Source: Eledone cirrhosa (lineage: Eukaryota). Taken from it: a stretch of 64,000 nucleotides of DNA. Position numbers and translations under genes: made by a program. The DNA lies in NCBI GenBank assembly GCA_964016885.1, contig OZ024749.1:47802001-47866000 (forward strand). The letters are read 5' to 3'. Under the pieces are notes generated by a model that saw only the letters and a list, made by a program, of their open reading frames with translations, had not been told where the DNA came from and searched no databases. Positions 28,196 through 41,873 of the stretch are shown piece after piece (positions within the stretch are counted from its first letter, which is position 1; every line of letters begins with the position of its first letter).

Positions 28196-28386
28196 CAAAG
28201 GAATTGTGGTCAGGATCCAGATGGACCATAACGCACCAAAGTACTCAATACTTAGGGTAGTAGAGTGGGAAATAGGAAAAAGTATGACCCGACGGCAGAG
28301 CTCAAGCCGTTTCGAGCGCTATTTCTGTCCAGAAATAGTCCTCGAAACGGATTGAGCTCTGCCGTCGGGGTCATACGTTTTCCTAT
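28192..28386. mobile_element. Fold-back of the half-hammerhead family (GAAA-cggc-ttgagctc-gccg-TC)
   Basis: Arms 28272-28327 and 28330-28386 are inverted about tc; the left extension is homologous to 1380-1460. Confidence 0.75.
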
Positions 28387-28403
28387 ATATATATATAAAT
28401 ATA

Positions 28404-28537
28404 TTAGACGTGTCCGTCGAACTTGCGGGTCCAAAATCAGACAAATCCACACAATGATCGTGTCTCGAGCTGTCCGCCGGCAAATCAATTGTAACACACA
28501 ATAAATTGAGTTCAGATGCATCACTGATTTTTGGTTT

Positions 28538-28579
<42 letters not shown>

Positions 28580-28705
28580 ATAGACGTGTCTGAGGAACCT
28601 GTGAATGCAAAGTCAGGTCGATCCACACACAGATCGCAGCTCGAGCTGTTCGCCGAGGAAACAATTGTAATACGAAATAAATTGAGTTCAGATGCATCAC
28701 TGATA
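28404..28705. repeat. Diverged local duplication (~125 bp x2) separated by (TA)n
   Basis: tagacgtgtc...ctcgagctgt...caattgtaa...aataaattgagttcagatgcatcactgat at ~28404-28528 and ~28581-28704. Confidence 0.8.
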
Positions 28706-28814
28706 TTCCCGTTTTACACTCTATCATACTCTGCTCCGTAGGAGCTGGGAGTACTCAACCGGCATACCGCCTATGGAAGCATCTTAGCTACCATTAGACA
28801 CACACACATATATA

Positions 28815-29006
<192 letters not shown>

Positions 29007-30853
29007 GTATATATATATATTTAAGGCTCACATATTTGTTTTTTAAGGATTTCAATTGATTTCAATTAACTGCCATTTCTTTGTCATTTATCGTGACGTT
29101 CTAAGGAAAATGATTATGAACAATCTATTTTTATCATCTATATTGGTGTAGGTTTAATTAATTAATTAATTAACACGTGGAAATCGTGTAGTCTAACCAT
29201 ATATTCTACGTTTGACAACGGATTGAAATCGTGTATTTGTAATTCAAACACAGCGATGTATTTACACGTTTATATTTATTCTTCCCAACATCGTGAGGTA
29301 CGTATTTTATTTAATTACTTTCCAATAAATACGATTTCAATGTTATGCAATAGAAAGAACAACAACCTAATTGTAAACTTATTTATAGAGTACATTCCTA
29401 CATATAGAGTAAAATCTCTGTCTTCAGAAATATGTGTAATCGATTGTTGTTGAAGATGTATTAAATATGAAAGTAATCAAGCCGATTGCTTTACTTCTTG
29501 TTTCAGACAGATACAAACAAATCAATGAATCTTTATTTGCCAGCATAGGTAAAATATGTATACCCGAGAAAGCCAGGTTATAAAAAAGTTTAAATTAAAT
29601 TCCTCTTGATTCTAGAGCAATATAGTGAAATCTTTTAATTTAATAATCCTCGTTTTCCTGTGATTAACTTTTTAAAATCTGCGAATTAGGGCATTAACAT
29701 TTAGTTGTACCCGGTGTTATTAACGTTATTTGAAATACGAATTTCTGGTTGATATTTATTTGGAAAAGAAACTGTCTAACATAACTGGATTTGTTGGTTA
29801 TGTTTGATCCTCGATCTATTTTGCATCTCTCAACATTGGTAGTTAATACACTTCTCCGCAAAGTGGAAGCATTTTTCTAACGATATTTCAGCATTGATAT
29901 GATGTTGTCCATTTTATACGTTAAACATCATTTTGTTTTTACGTCTCATCATATTTTCTTACGTACTTCTGCCTCTATTTCTTGAACGCCAACATTATAC
30001 ATTTGTGTCAATTCTTACTATTATCGTCATCTCATATGCATGTTACCAACACAACGGTTCTCCAATCTGTCGACCAATCTGTATAAATTATTCATATGCT
30101 TATGCAAAATGTGAGCGTTATATACACATACGGAGACATTGGACTATTAGATATTATGAACTTTCTACAGTTTACATATGTTCCCCTGAGAAGTATTGAG
30201 ATCAGTTTTTGTTTCATATAGCTTAGTGCTGTTTAGGTGTTCGAACACGGGTTTTATCTGTCACTTTGTGATTGAGTGTATGAGACATGGTGAATATGTG
30301 CGTGTATGTATGTGAGCCTATTTCTTTTAGATTTGCTACTTAGAAAGATTTACTGACAATGAGCGTATTGCTATAAGAGATTAGAATGTATATGATTGGA
30401 GAGTTTAATGTTCAGTACAGGATTTATTCATGCTAGAATCTATGATAACTTAGGAAATATGTAGAGGCATATGATATATACATTAGAGTCACAATTAATA
30501 CCACATATCTACATTAAACAAACGTTTTTAAAGATAAAAATATATATCCACTATCAATAGTTCGAAACTTTCACGACATGTATTTGGTAATATAAAACAC
30601 CAGGTCCTTACATATACACTTGCAGAATTTCTGGAATCTGATTTAAAATCAAAGTGAATTATGTCTTGGTAAAATTTTATAAACTTACGAAAGTAAAGAT
30701 GTGCCGTAATTTATATCTAAAATTTATTTTCGAATCCATCCTTGTGATTTTCTAAGATAGCGAGACACACATATACACGCATGCAGTCATATTCATGCAT
30801 ATGCGAATAGAAATATTTACATCCATATATACACAGCTGCATACATACACAGG

Positions 30854-30896
<43 letters not shown>

Positions 30897-31486
30897 GTAT
30901 ATCCTTAACGGTTGATTCATAATTATACTTTTCACAAAATATTGCATTGATCTCTGCTGCAGCACTGATATTAAAATTGTTATAAACCATAGGGAAACTA
31001 TACAGATACGAATGATTAAACTGTTTATGGTGAATATATATACGTTCAACCAAAATAATGGGATTATAAGGAAATATGGGAGTAATTTTAATATATTTAT
31101 TACATGCACACATTCTAAATAGGTAGTCTGTAATGTATTGCATTAATATTTTGATATGAAAGCCTGAATAGGATTTCGAAAAATATTGTGTGTACTACAA
31201 AAATCATGATATATATATATATGTGTGTGTGAGTGTGTGTGAGTGTGTTTGTGTGTGTATTTGTGTGTGTATGTATGTGTATGTGTGTGTGTTTGTGTGT
31301 ATATGTGTATGTCGTGGAGGGGTGTGTAAATATATAGATATTAGATAATGCGAGGATGTCAATACTGTATATATATGTTGCTATAGCAGGTTATTATAAT
31401 TTTATCTTTTATAGTGTCGAGACAGAAGTTTATGGTTCCTCTATTTCATCCATCTATTTATTTACTTATATATATATATTTACTTC

Positions 31487-31521
31487 CCTCCGAAGAAGAG
31501 ATATTATCTCGAAAATTAAGG
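31487..31521 (+). ncRNA. Degenerate minimal hammerhead (U4>C)
   Basis: cct-CCGAAGA-a-gagat-att-atctc-GAAA-at-ta-agg. Confidence 0.4.
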
Positions 31522-31638
31522 ATATTTAGATAAATGTTATGGTTAAAGACTAATTGTCAACAATATCTTTTGCATTTGCATTTATATTCTATATCCATAA
31601 CCTGCATTGTTTTGACTTTACAGATACAAACGTTTATA

Positions 31639-31679
<41 letters not shown>

Positions 31680-31681
<2 letters not shown>

Positions 31682-32480
31682 AAATAAAATAAATAAGTCA
31701 AATGTTTAAAATGTGGCTTCGTTTATTACTGCTATTTATATTTCGGTGACAGCCATCTTTGGCTGTGACCTCTTCAGACAGTCCGAATTAGTGTGGTAGA
31801 GACGAGTACACAAGTTGTTGAGGTGTATAACTTTGTCAATACTCTGAAATGCCCAGTTCCTGGTTGGGTTGTTATTTCACTGAGGAACTGGAATCATATG
31901 AATTTAAACAAACGAATTTCAGCGTCAAATGGCCTCTTCTCCTCTCATTGGTCAGTTGTTAGAACATTGCTCATTCAAAAGTCTATAGAAATTCGTTCTG
32001 AGGCAAGCCAATCTGTAGTTGTTGTTCTTGTTATTGTTAGGTAATCTGACCTCTATCTTTCTGTTGGTAGTGGTGTTGTTGTTGGCTCAAAAAAAGTGAT
32101 AAAGTGGTAGAAGGAATAAGAGGGTAAAGGAACAAAATAAAATAAAATAATCGAATAAAATGTGTGTTATACTCATATCAATGTTATAAAGATTTGTAAG
32201 GTCAAACTTCCCATTGGTCAGTTTTGAGAGCATTCCTCAGTCCAAAATCTATAGAAATTATTTCTGGAGTGAGACTCCCTGTAGTGTTTGTGTTTGCTAT
32301 TGTTAAGTACATCTGGCCCCTATCCCTATTTTGGTAGTGTTGTTGCTGTTGTGGTCAGCTTATGTCTTGCTGCAGCTGACAATTTAGAAATATCTGTGTG
32401 TGTGTGTTTCTTCATCCCGCATTCCACCAACTGGTGGTGGAGTGTTTCTGCCATGTATATAGAAGGCAATAAAACAGAAT
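31680..32480 (-). mobile_element. Longer pLTR/3' UTR copy of the 22.8 kb family with hammerhead at 31728-31782
   Basis: Minus strand: actgt-CTGAAGA-ggtcacagcca-aaga-tggctgtcacc-GAAA-tataaa-ta-gcagt. Internal ~130-bp duplication (cattggtcagtt...tctatagaaatt) at ~31945 and ~32211. Right boundary approximate. Confidence 0.7.
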
Positions 32481-32586
32481 AAATAATAAATAAAGAATAA
32501 ATGAAAAATTTATGAAAATATAATGAAAAAGTTATGAAAAATGAATATGGCAAATGAAAAATGAAAATGAAAAGTGAAAAATTAAT

Positions 32587-32641
<55 letters not shown>

Positions 32642-32718
32642 CTTCGCTATATCTTGACCAACACCACTTGTTTTTTATAACATTCTTATTTAAACAGATT
32701 TTTTCCTCATTCTATATT

Positions 32719-32865
32719 TTTCCAGCATAGTTACTTCCCTTTACGATCTGAGTTCAAATCCCGCCGAGGTTGACTTTGCCTTTCATCCTTACGGGGTCGA
32801 TAAAATAAAGTACCTGTAATGCACTGGGTAAATGCTGGCCTTGTGCCTAGAGTAGAAACAATTAT
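32719..32865 (+). mobile_element. 5'-truncated Meta/MESC-type SINE
   Basis: gagttcaaatcccgccgaggttgactttgcctttcatccttacggggtcgataaaataaagtacc. Confidence 0.88.
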
Positions 32866-33337
32866 TAGTGTTAACGGATTATCCCCATATTTCTTGGATT
32901 ATATGTATCTTGTTTTTAAGGTATTTTTTTTCTTATAATGTTGTCATGTTTACATTGGTGATGGCCTAGTGTTTTTGTTCAGTGGTTTCTATGTACCACA
33001 TACTTATCATCTTAGTCACATTTTTAATCGTCTAATTTATCTTATCTTTCACCCTTCAAGTAATGTCTATGGCGCTAGATTATATATGTCTTTCTGAAGA
33101 AAAAAAAAGTAGCTAATATTTGTGGACTTGTTTACATGTATCTCGTCTATCATGTTTTTTCTGTAATTTCATTTTCGTTTTCATTCCTTATTTTGCTCTG
33201 TGGAATTTCTGTTTGACGTCTTGCTGTCTACTTTCCCTCTGGTTACATGTTGCGTTCTTGTCTGGAAATGATGTCTAGCATATATTTAGATCATTTGAAT
33301 CAACAGTTACACATAGTATTTAAATTTTATAGGTTAC

Positions 33338-33435
<98 letters not shown>

Positions 33436-33461
33436 CATATATACATTTGTGTGTATGTATT

Positions 33462-33495
<34 letters not shown>

Positions 33496-33514
33496 TAGAT
33501 AGATATAGATATAG

Positions 33515-33589
<75 letters not shown>

Positions 33590-33600
<11 letters not shown>

Positions 33601-33886
33601 CGGGGATATCATATTAACAATATGCTATGCCTTCATCAGACAAAATACAATATAAACAGTTTTATAGATAAATATATTCGACATACCGTAATAAACATCA
33701 ACTTCATTTGAAGAGGTTTACTCTAGCAGTGAAAATACAGAGAGAAAGAAAGAGAGAAAGAAAAGAGGGAGAAACGAAAGAAAGAAAGACAAAACGAAGA
33801 AAAGGAAGAAAAAGAAGAAAAAGAAAAAGAAGAAATGCATGGAACAAAATAGAGAGATGGAAAAATAGATAAAGTGAAGAGCTTCA
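33590..33886 (-). mobile_element. Copy of the 18.5 kb family ending at hammerhead stem III; inverted partner at 35377-35617
   Basis: Apparently identical to 18385-18502 over the shared region and near-identical to the reverse complement of 35377-35617. Confidence 0.88.
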
Positions 33887-34007
33887 TGTAAAGAGACAGA
33901 AAGATATATATATAGAGAGAGAGAGAGGAAATAGAGATAGATACATATATATATATAGAAAATTAGGTAGTGGGAGGTCATTTTGAGTAAGTGTATCAAT
34001 GATACAT

Positions 34008-34042
<35 letters not shown>

Positions 34043-35376
34043 GCTCAAGTATTAATGTAAGGGAGATATATAGAGAGATATAGAGAGATATAGGGAGAGA
34101 AAAAAATTTAAAAATATCCAGACATATTCGAGGCGTAGAAAACCCTATGTTTTAATGTATTAGTATTTATAAAACTTACACTACACTGTAAATATCAGTA
34201 TTCCTGAATGAAACAAGTATTCACAATGTGTGAAAATTCATTATCTTATGTTTAGTTTTAAAAATTCATATGTCTATGTGACAGCTACAAATCTCAATGT
34301 GAATCCAACTGATTCACTCCGCAAACTCTAAGTTATCGGAAAACATTCTCAATGTGGTATAAAAATTTGGGCGTATTATTATTCTTGCGATTACTCTACA
34401 AGATTATCTATCAAGCAGAAATAGAGAGCAGATTTCAATATACTAATCGAAAATATATATTATATTATAAACATAATAATAAGTAAAAATATAGAATAGA
34501 AAACTAAAAATATTACGAAAGAATATTACATAATAAAAATATTGCATATTAAAAATACTACGTATTCAAAAATATTACGTATTAAAGATTTACATATAAA
34601 AATTTACATATAAAAATATACATATAAAAATTTACATATAAAAATTTACATATAAAAATATATAAAAATATTAAAAAAATATTAAAAAAAAAAATATTAA
34701 AAAAAAATAAAATAAAAATAAAAATATTATAGAATACTACAATACTAAAAGAATAAAAGTAAAAATAAAAATAAAAATAAAAATAAAGATAAAAATGAAA
34801 ATAAAAATGAAAATAAAAATAAACCACAAAAAAAAAAACAACCCTTCAAAGTTAATTGACAATATATTGCCACGTTCACTACAAGACAAAGCCAAAAATT
34901 ATCTATCAAATCACATCTAGCAAAGAATATCGTAAAAAAATTATGATGTCCAATTATGTCTACATATGTTCCTATGTTTAATATAGAAGTTTATCTAGTG
35001 TAAGGTTAATTCAAAAAATTTGGAGCATCGGCTTTTAGGGTAGCTTAATTTTTCATGAGGAATGTTTAGATAAAAATAAAAATAAATAAAATAAAATAAA
35101 CAATAAAAAGAGTAAAACGAGGGAATCAAAGATTTAGGAATCAAAAGATTTATCGGCTAGTTCTCATATAAATATAAATCAAACTAAATATACTACATTT
35201 TAAATTTAAATTTATATTTAAACGTTGAGTTTAATCTATGTTTGCAACAACTGAATAAATTTGTCCGTAGGTTAAGGGAGTTTTTAGATTTTAGTATAAA
35301 GAATATCTCTGCACAGAGGTCACATGTCTCAGAGGATGAATTAAAAGCTCTTCACTTTATCTATCAGAGGATGAAT

Positions 35377-35617
35377 TGAAGCTCTTCACTTTATCTATTT
35401 TTCCATCTCTCTATTTTGTTCCATGCATTTCTTCTTTTTCTTTTTCTTCTTTTTCTTCCTTTTCTTCGTTTTGTCTTTCTTTCTTTCGTTTTTCCCTCTT
35501 TTCTTTCTCTCTTTCTTTCTCTCTGTATTTTCACTGCTAGAGTAAACCTCTTCAAATGAAGTTGATGTTTATTACGGTATGTCGAATATATTTATCTATA
35601 AAACTGTTTATATTGTA
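35377..35617 (+). mobile_element. Plus-strand copy of the 18.5 kb family, truncated just before the hammerhead
   Basis: tgaagctcttcactttatc...ctgctagagtaaacctcttcaaatgaagttg...tattgta(TA)n; preceded by a short tandem duplication (cagaggatgaatt...ctttatctat). Confidence 0.88.
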
Positions 35618-35796
35618 TATATATATATATATATATATAAATGTTTTGCTCTACATGGTTGAATACAATAAATGCAATCTGAGTTTTTAGAATATTAATA
35701 ATAATATTCGATTCGTTTGCAATTATGCAAACAAGCCTCATTTGTAAAGCCATGTTAGTAGAATGAACCCTTCATTCTTGCTCATGTAACGTGAAT

Positions 35797-35844
35797 AACT
35801 GCAGACACTAATGTTTCTGGGCATCACCCTTCATCAGTACAACT
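35797..35844 (-). ncRNA. Type I minimal hammerhead ribozyme
   Basis: Minus strand: agttgta-CTGATGA-aggg-tgatg-ccca-GAAA-cattagtg-TC-tgcagtt; GUC cleavage triplet. Confidence 0.65.
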
Positions 35845-36739
35845 CACAGTTCACCTGCCAACTGTCAGAGCTAGTGAAAATATATGCTATCTTCTAAAAT
35901 ATACAGTGACTGATCGGCCTGATTTGCATATTAGCAGACTGGCTGATCATTCATATCTGCATATTGTTTACAATGTTCTGCATATATGTTTACATGCCAT
36001 GGAACAGGAAGAACAACCGTAAGAACGCGCATGCGCAGAAACGGTCACTTCTCCTATGCGATACACCTATTGCATAACTACAAAGCTCCGGATTGAATAA
36101 CAACAACATTGGTATGTTTTATTGGAATCTTGCATACAATCCTGTGGTATTAACTAACCCCAGTGCCATTCAAAATCATACTAGTATGTTTTATGTTTTC
36201 GAAGGTTACAAAATCGAATAACATCATTATTTGAATTAATAACAAATAGCAACTAATAAAATAATTTATTATCACCATTTTGTCTTCGTTATTCTATGGT
36301 ACCAAAAGTGAAGTTTATTTCACTGGTGGCTTGAATCCAGTTTTGCATATTCTTCATTAATATTTCTAGGATTGATGTTACTGCTTTGCCAACATTTTCC
36401 CCTTTACCTTTATTCAATATAAACTCTCTGCATTTTTCGACCCTGCATTGTCACCAATATTTGGTCCCTTGGGATTATTAAAAGCTATTATTATTATACA
36501 TATTATCGTTACATGTATGATTATTCCAATTGCTTTGTTTTTTTAACTAACATTGTTGAAGCTGATCGATTGACAATATCACGTGAACGTCGGACATTAC
36601 ACTTTGCGACATTTAGTTATGGCCGTTTAAATTCTGCGTTCAATCCCATATATTTGACTTTCATTCTTAAGGGGTCCATACAATAAAGCACAAGTAATGT
36701 ACTAGGCTCGGTATAATCAGCATTTTTTATTATTAATAC

Positions 36740-36940
36740 ATAATTGTTTCTACTTTTGGCACAAGGTCAGAACTTATCCCAGTGTATTACTGGTAATTTA
36801 TTTTATCGACCCCGTAAGGATGAAAGGCAAAGTTAACCTGGGCGGGATTTGAATTCAGCCTTTCATCCTTACGGGGTCGATAAAATAAAGTACCTGTAAT
36901 GCACTGGGATAATTGCTGGCCTTGTGCCAAAAGTAGAAAC
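36740..36940. mobile_element. Two 5'-truncated Meta/MESC-type SINEs joined head-to-head
   Basis: Minus copy 36740-36857 directly abuts plus copy 36858-36940. Confidence 0.88.
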
Positions 36941-37292
36941 TATATAACGTATTTGCAAATGCATGTCTTTCTTCCTGTAAATTACTCAACTTACTCAGGA
37001 TCTTAGACAGCCCTAATTTCATGGTTTTCCCTACATATATAGTATTCTACTGACCCTAATATTATTATTATTCTAAAAACTCAATGTACTCACACTCACA
37101 CACGTACGCAGATATATCTAAGAAAAGAGTCAAGACCTGATGGCTGCTGAGATCCGGCTATTTCGACAACGTACAAAACTAGCTCTGGAAACGGCTGGAG
37201 CTCAGCCGTCGGAGTCCTGACTCTTTTCCTATTACCCACTCTACAACCCATAGCATCGAGTAATCTGCTGCGTTATGGTCCAGACTTCCTTC

Positions 37293-37336
<44 letters not shown>

Positions 37337-37344
37337 ATATGTGT

Positions 37345-37381
<37 letters not shown>

Positions 37382-37920
37382 CTTTGTGCGTGTGTGTGTG
37401 CTTGTAAATGTGTATCTATTGAATATAACTTTATAGAGAATCAGATTAATCTGGTGATTAATAAATATGCAAATATCTCTCCAAAGAGATCCAGTTGAAT
37501 ATATGTATATATAATTATGTATAAAACAATTTAAAACGGAGACAGTTTGGAATATTATTTTACTGATGTTCGTGAAAGAAACATGCGTATGCATGTGTGT
37601 GTGTGTGAGTGTATGTGTGTGAGTGTGCATTAAAACCGATGTGACTCACGTGATTAATGTAATTCCATTTGAAGCATTATTGTTGTTACCTTTTTGAATA
37701 GTGAAAATGTGATATACCCTACTCCGCCTTATATTTATTTCCAATAACATATGGCATATTGGGAATGGATCAAAGTATTGATTAATATATTGTTTTAACA
37801 CAAATTGAATGAACATAAAACAAACCCAAATTACTAATAGAATTTGACAGGAGACAGAGTTATTTCAGATGGGAGAGAATTATAGAACAAATACAGGAAT
37901 TGGGTGAATGGATTTATTAT

Positions 37921-38091
37921 TGCTGAATTGGCAGTATTGGTAGAGGGTCAGACATGCTTTCCAGCGTTACGATCTGAGTTTAAATCCCGCCGAGGTTAAC
38001 TTCGCATTTCAACCTTACGGGTTCGATAAAATAAAGTACCAGTAATGTACTGGGTAATTTCTGGCTTTGTGCCAAAAGTAGAAACAATTAT
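37921..38091 (+). mobile_element. Meta/MESC-type tRNA SINE
   Basis: Homologous to the reverse complement of 11451-11639. Confidence 0.85.
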
Positions 38092-38205
38092 CATTAGAAA
38101 AAAATCCTTATCGCAAAAGACTTTTGAACAAATGAATGGAGGGAACGAGCGATTACAGTGAAAACATTATTGCATTCTTCATGAATTCAATACAGACTGC
38201 CAGTC

Positions 38206-38617
38206 TTGTAAATTAATTCCATACTAGATTATATATCTACTCTAAAATGTTATAAACAAGATGACTATCAGGCGTTTCCAAAACGGACGTAATAAAACGT
38301 TCTCTGAAAGTGAGGACATCGAATAGGATGTTTTAAAGGACTAATTAGGTGAGCCTGGGATCATAATGTTTAGAAGAAAATTCATGTGTAAATGGAGATA
38401 TGAATAAACGATAAATGTGATGCAAAATATTATTGAGTATATGCGCTGCAGGTTTATATAATCCCGCAAAGAAATAGTTATATATCATAGAATATTTTCT
38501 TCGAGAAAACAGAAAAAAATTGAGAATGTGTTTTTACATCATATCATTGACGTGGTGATGTTCTTTCAGACATAAAATAGATGGGGATTATGATACGGCC
38601 GATAGAATGACAAATGC
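38206..38617 (+). repeat. Dispersed direct repeat, copy 1 (copy 2 at 40684-41145)
   Basis: ttgtaaa..aattccatactagatta...atcaggcgtttccaaaacg...gtgagcctgggatcataa...tagaatgacaaatgc is shared. Confidence 0.85.
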
Positions 38618-38762
38618 CATTTTGCAGTCGAAAGCCGGGCTTTTGCACTGGCTTTAGATATGTATGAATGTATTAGCTTTCACACAAATGTTTGATGACA
38701 TAAAAAATGATCAAAATTGCCTAATTAACAAAGTAATATTTCGTATTTCCTCCTTTCCTATT

Positions 38763-38963
38763 ATAATTGTTTCTACTTTTGGCACAAGGATAGCAATTAT
38801 ACCAGTGCATTACTGCTGCTTGCTGGTGCTTTATTTTATCGACCCCGTAAGCATGAAATGCAAAGATAACCTAGGTGGGATTTGAAATCAGAATATAAAG
38901 GACCATAAGCCTATGCCAATAAGCATATTGTCCAACTCTCTACCAATACTGCCAATCCACCAC
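38763..38963 (-). mobile_element. Meta/MESC-type tRNA SINE (diverged)
   Basis: Homology to the SINE family; flanking ctattataatt direct repeat. Confidence 0.82.
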
Positions 38964-39182
38964 CCCTCTTCTATTATAATTTGATATATTAATATATCCA
39001 ATACCAAGACTATTCTAACTCAGAAACATCTGAAACTGCTATAAGTTTGTAAATTGTTTTATGTCTTAAATACGTTAGTGTTATCGAACAATGCATATAT
39101 AGTAGCGAGTTTATTGAAATATTTCACCAATACTTATTGACATAACATCCTATAAATTCATATCTATTATATTTATTATTGT

Positions 39183-39262
39183 AGAGATTGTCCCCATAAT
39201 GTATACATACTTCAACAGCATTCTAATAAATATATGTATACATTTTTGGGGGACACCCTTTA
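39183..39262. mobile_element. Short Tc1/mariner-type MITE relic
   Basis: TIR-like tgtccccataatgtatacata / tatgtatacatttttgggggaca. Confidence 0.45.
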
Positions 39263-40683
39263 TAAGAATATAGGAATCTATCAGAAGAAAACTATTAAAA
39301 TAACCAATGTTAGTTAGTCATTAATATAACGTTGTGACTATTAAGTTGTAGTGGTATTAAACGATGCACTGTATCACACTGGATCAAGATTGGGGTCTCG
39401 ATAATCTATCCATTGATCCTCTAGTCATCAGCATTTCGCCTTTCATCTGCGCGTCACTGTTAATAAATAAATTATAATTTACACGATTATATCGACTTCA
39501 AAACGTCCTTTCAAAATGTTGACCTTGACACTAGTCATAATAAATCACTGGTATATCCATCAAACAAATGCGGTATGAAATGGAACTTTGTATACAATAG
39601 ACATCATACAGGGAGTTAGAAAGTCGTGTCGCTAAAGTTAGTGTACAGATAAAGGAATTCCGCTATTTATTGAAGAGATTCTCGTTCAGCAGAATCAAAG
39701 GAGAAAATAAGATTTTAACAAATCAGGTGAAAGATACACGTATTATTATTAAAAGCAGCAAAGATATCTAAATGATCTACATACATCAAAGTATATACAC
39801 AGAAGAATTCGTGCAATCATATTGCTTCTCTAAAGATATACAAGGGATATTACATAAATATATATACACCTACATCAATCGAATTAATAATAATATATGT
39901 ATGTGATATATATATATATGCTTATTTCAGTGAGTGTGTTTATGTCTTTATATGTATAAATGTGTGAGTATTTGCATGCACTGATGAGTGCCTCTATGCA
40001 TGCATAATTATGTGCCTGTGGATATATAGTCTTGTGTATATAGCCACGCTTATCGTTATTATGCAAACCATCGTTCACTACCTCATCAATGCGTATCAAT
40101 GCATGCTCAGTGAAATACACCTATCCAATTATTTTCTCCTTGAAATTGATAACGATATTTCCAACTCGCTTGTATTTCGTGCATACCTAATTAAATATAT
40201 CGATTAATACAGATTGAAGGCATTCCAGAAAACGCGATATGCGTTGCATATGCGTAATATTACCATACTGCAAATAGGAAATGAAGGGATATAATTAAAA
40301 AGATATTCTGTATGGATGCATGTACATATTTGATTATCGCAAAATAGAATTTACTTTGATGTTAACATGCTTTTATATGTATATACAACTAGAGATATAT
40401 ACATGTGTTTGCATGTGGTTATGAGTGTGTTGCGTTAGTATATGCGTTGCTTATGAACCTTAGATCTATGGACCCCTTTTAACCTCTTAAATTAAAATGA
40501 ATATATGTTTCTTTTGGTGGTAATGTATTTCTGAATTACCTTCGATCTTTCTGAAATGTCACAGCCAGAGACTCTATATAAACCTAAGCAACTGCAATGA
40601 ATGCTTCTGCGGTTAATGGTGAGATTTAGAAGATTCTGATGCTCCTCTCAACAAAATATATCCGCGTTGCTTCCTTTGATCCG

Positions 40684-41145
40684 TTGTAAATAAATTCCAT
40701 ACTAGATTATACATCTACTCTAAAAAGTTATAAACATGATGACTACCCTATCACACACATTTTCTTGAATATCGTTGAATATATTTGCGCATATCAGGCG
40801 TTTCCAAAACGTAATAAAATGTTCTCTGAAAGTTAGGACTTCGAATAGGATGTTTTCAACGACTAGTTATGTGAGCCTGGGATCATAACGTTTAGAAAAG
40901 AATTTATGTGAAGTAGAGTGAGTGGAGATATGAATAAACAATAGATGGTATAATAAATATTATTGAGTATATGCGTTCCAGGTTTATATAATCCCAAAAA
41001 AGTATAAGCTGTATATCGTAGTATATTTCCTTTGAGAAAACAGAAGAATGAGAGTGTGTGATACATCATATACATTGAAGTGGTCATGTTCTTTCAGACA
41101 TAAGATATATGGGGTTTATGATACGGACCGTAGAATGACAAATGC
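40684..41145 (+). repeat. Dispersed direct repeat, copy 2
   Basis: See 38206-38617; this copy has a ~45-bp insertion. Confidence 0.85.
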
Positions 41146-41842
41146 ATTAGTGTACTCGAAACGATATGCGTTGGAAAATACAGACACAAGGAATATCGGG
41201 CCCCAAAACCAGTTTGAAATATGTTATCAATCTATTAATATACATGTAGAAATGTGTGTGTGTGGGTGTGTATGTGTATGTGTGTATGCATGTGGTTTAG
41301 ATTTTAGAGTATTGCACCTCCAATCTCATGATTGAATGTTCTAATCACAGTCAGGTGGATGCAGTAATACAAATCCTTTCACATTTCACCATTTCACTCA
41401 GCTATAGTATATATATGCGACATAAATGTGCCAGCTGAATCACCCCTTGCCTTAACAGTAGACAACATACATGGCGTGGCGAGGAGAGACTGATTTTCAT
41501 AGTCGATTACTGCTCCATCTTGTGCTTCCGGGTGAAACTTTATATGTACAAAACGCATAGAGTATTAAGTGTCACGACTCGAGCTATTGTATTTTCATAC
41601 ATACACTTAAATTCATACTAACATACATCCTATTTATATTGATACAGAAATAATACATTCTTACATATTCATAGACATACGTCCATCCATCCATACATTC
41701 ATGAATGCATACATACACAGATACATACATACATATGCATATATACACATATACATACATACATACATAAGATATTTACATACATACATAGGTAGATACC
41801 TAAATAAATAAATATATATATATATATAATTATATATTAAAG

Positions 41843-41873
<31 letters not shown>

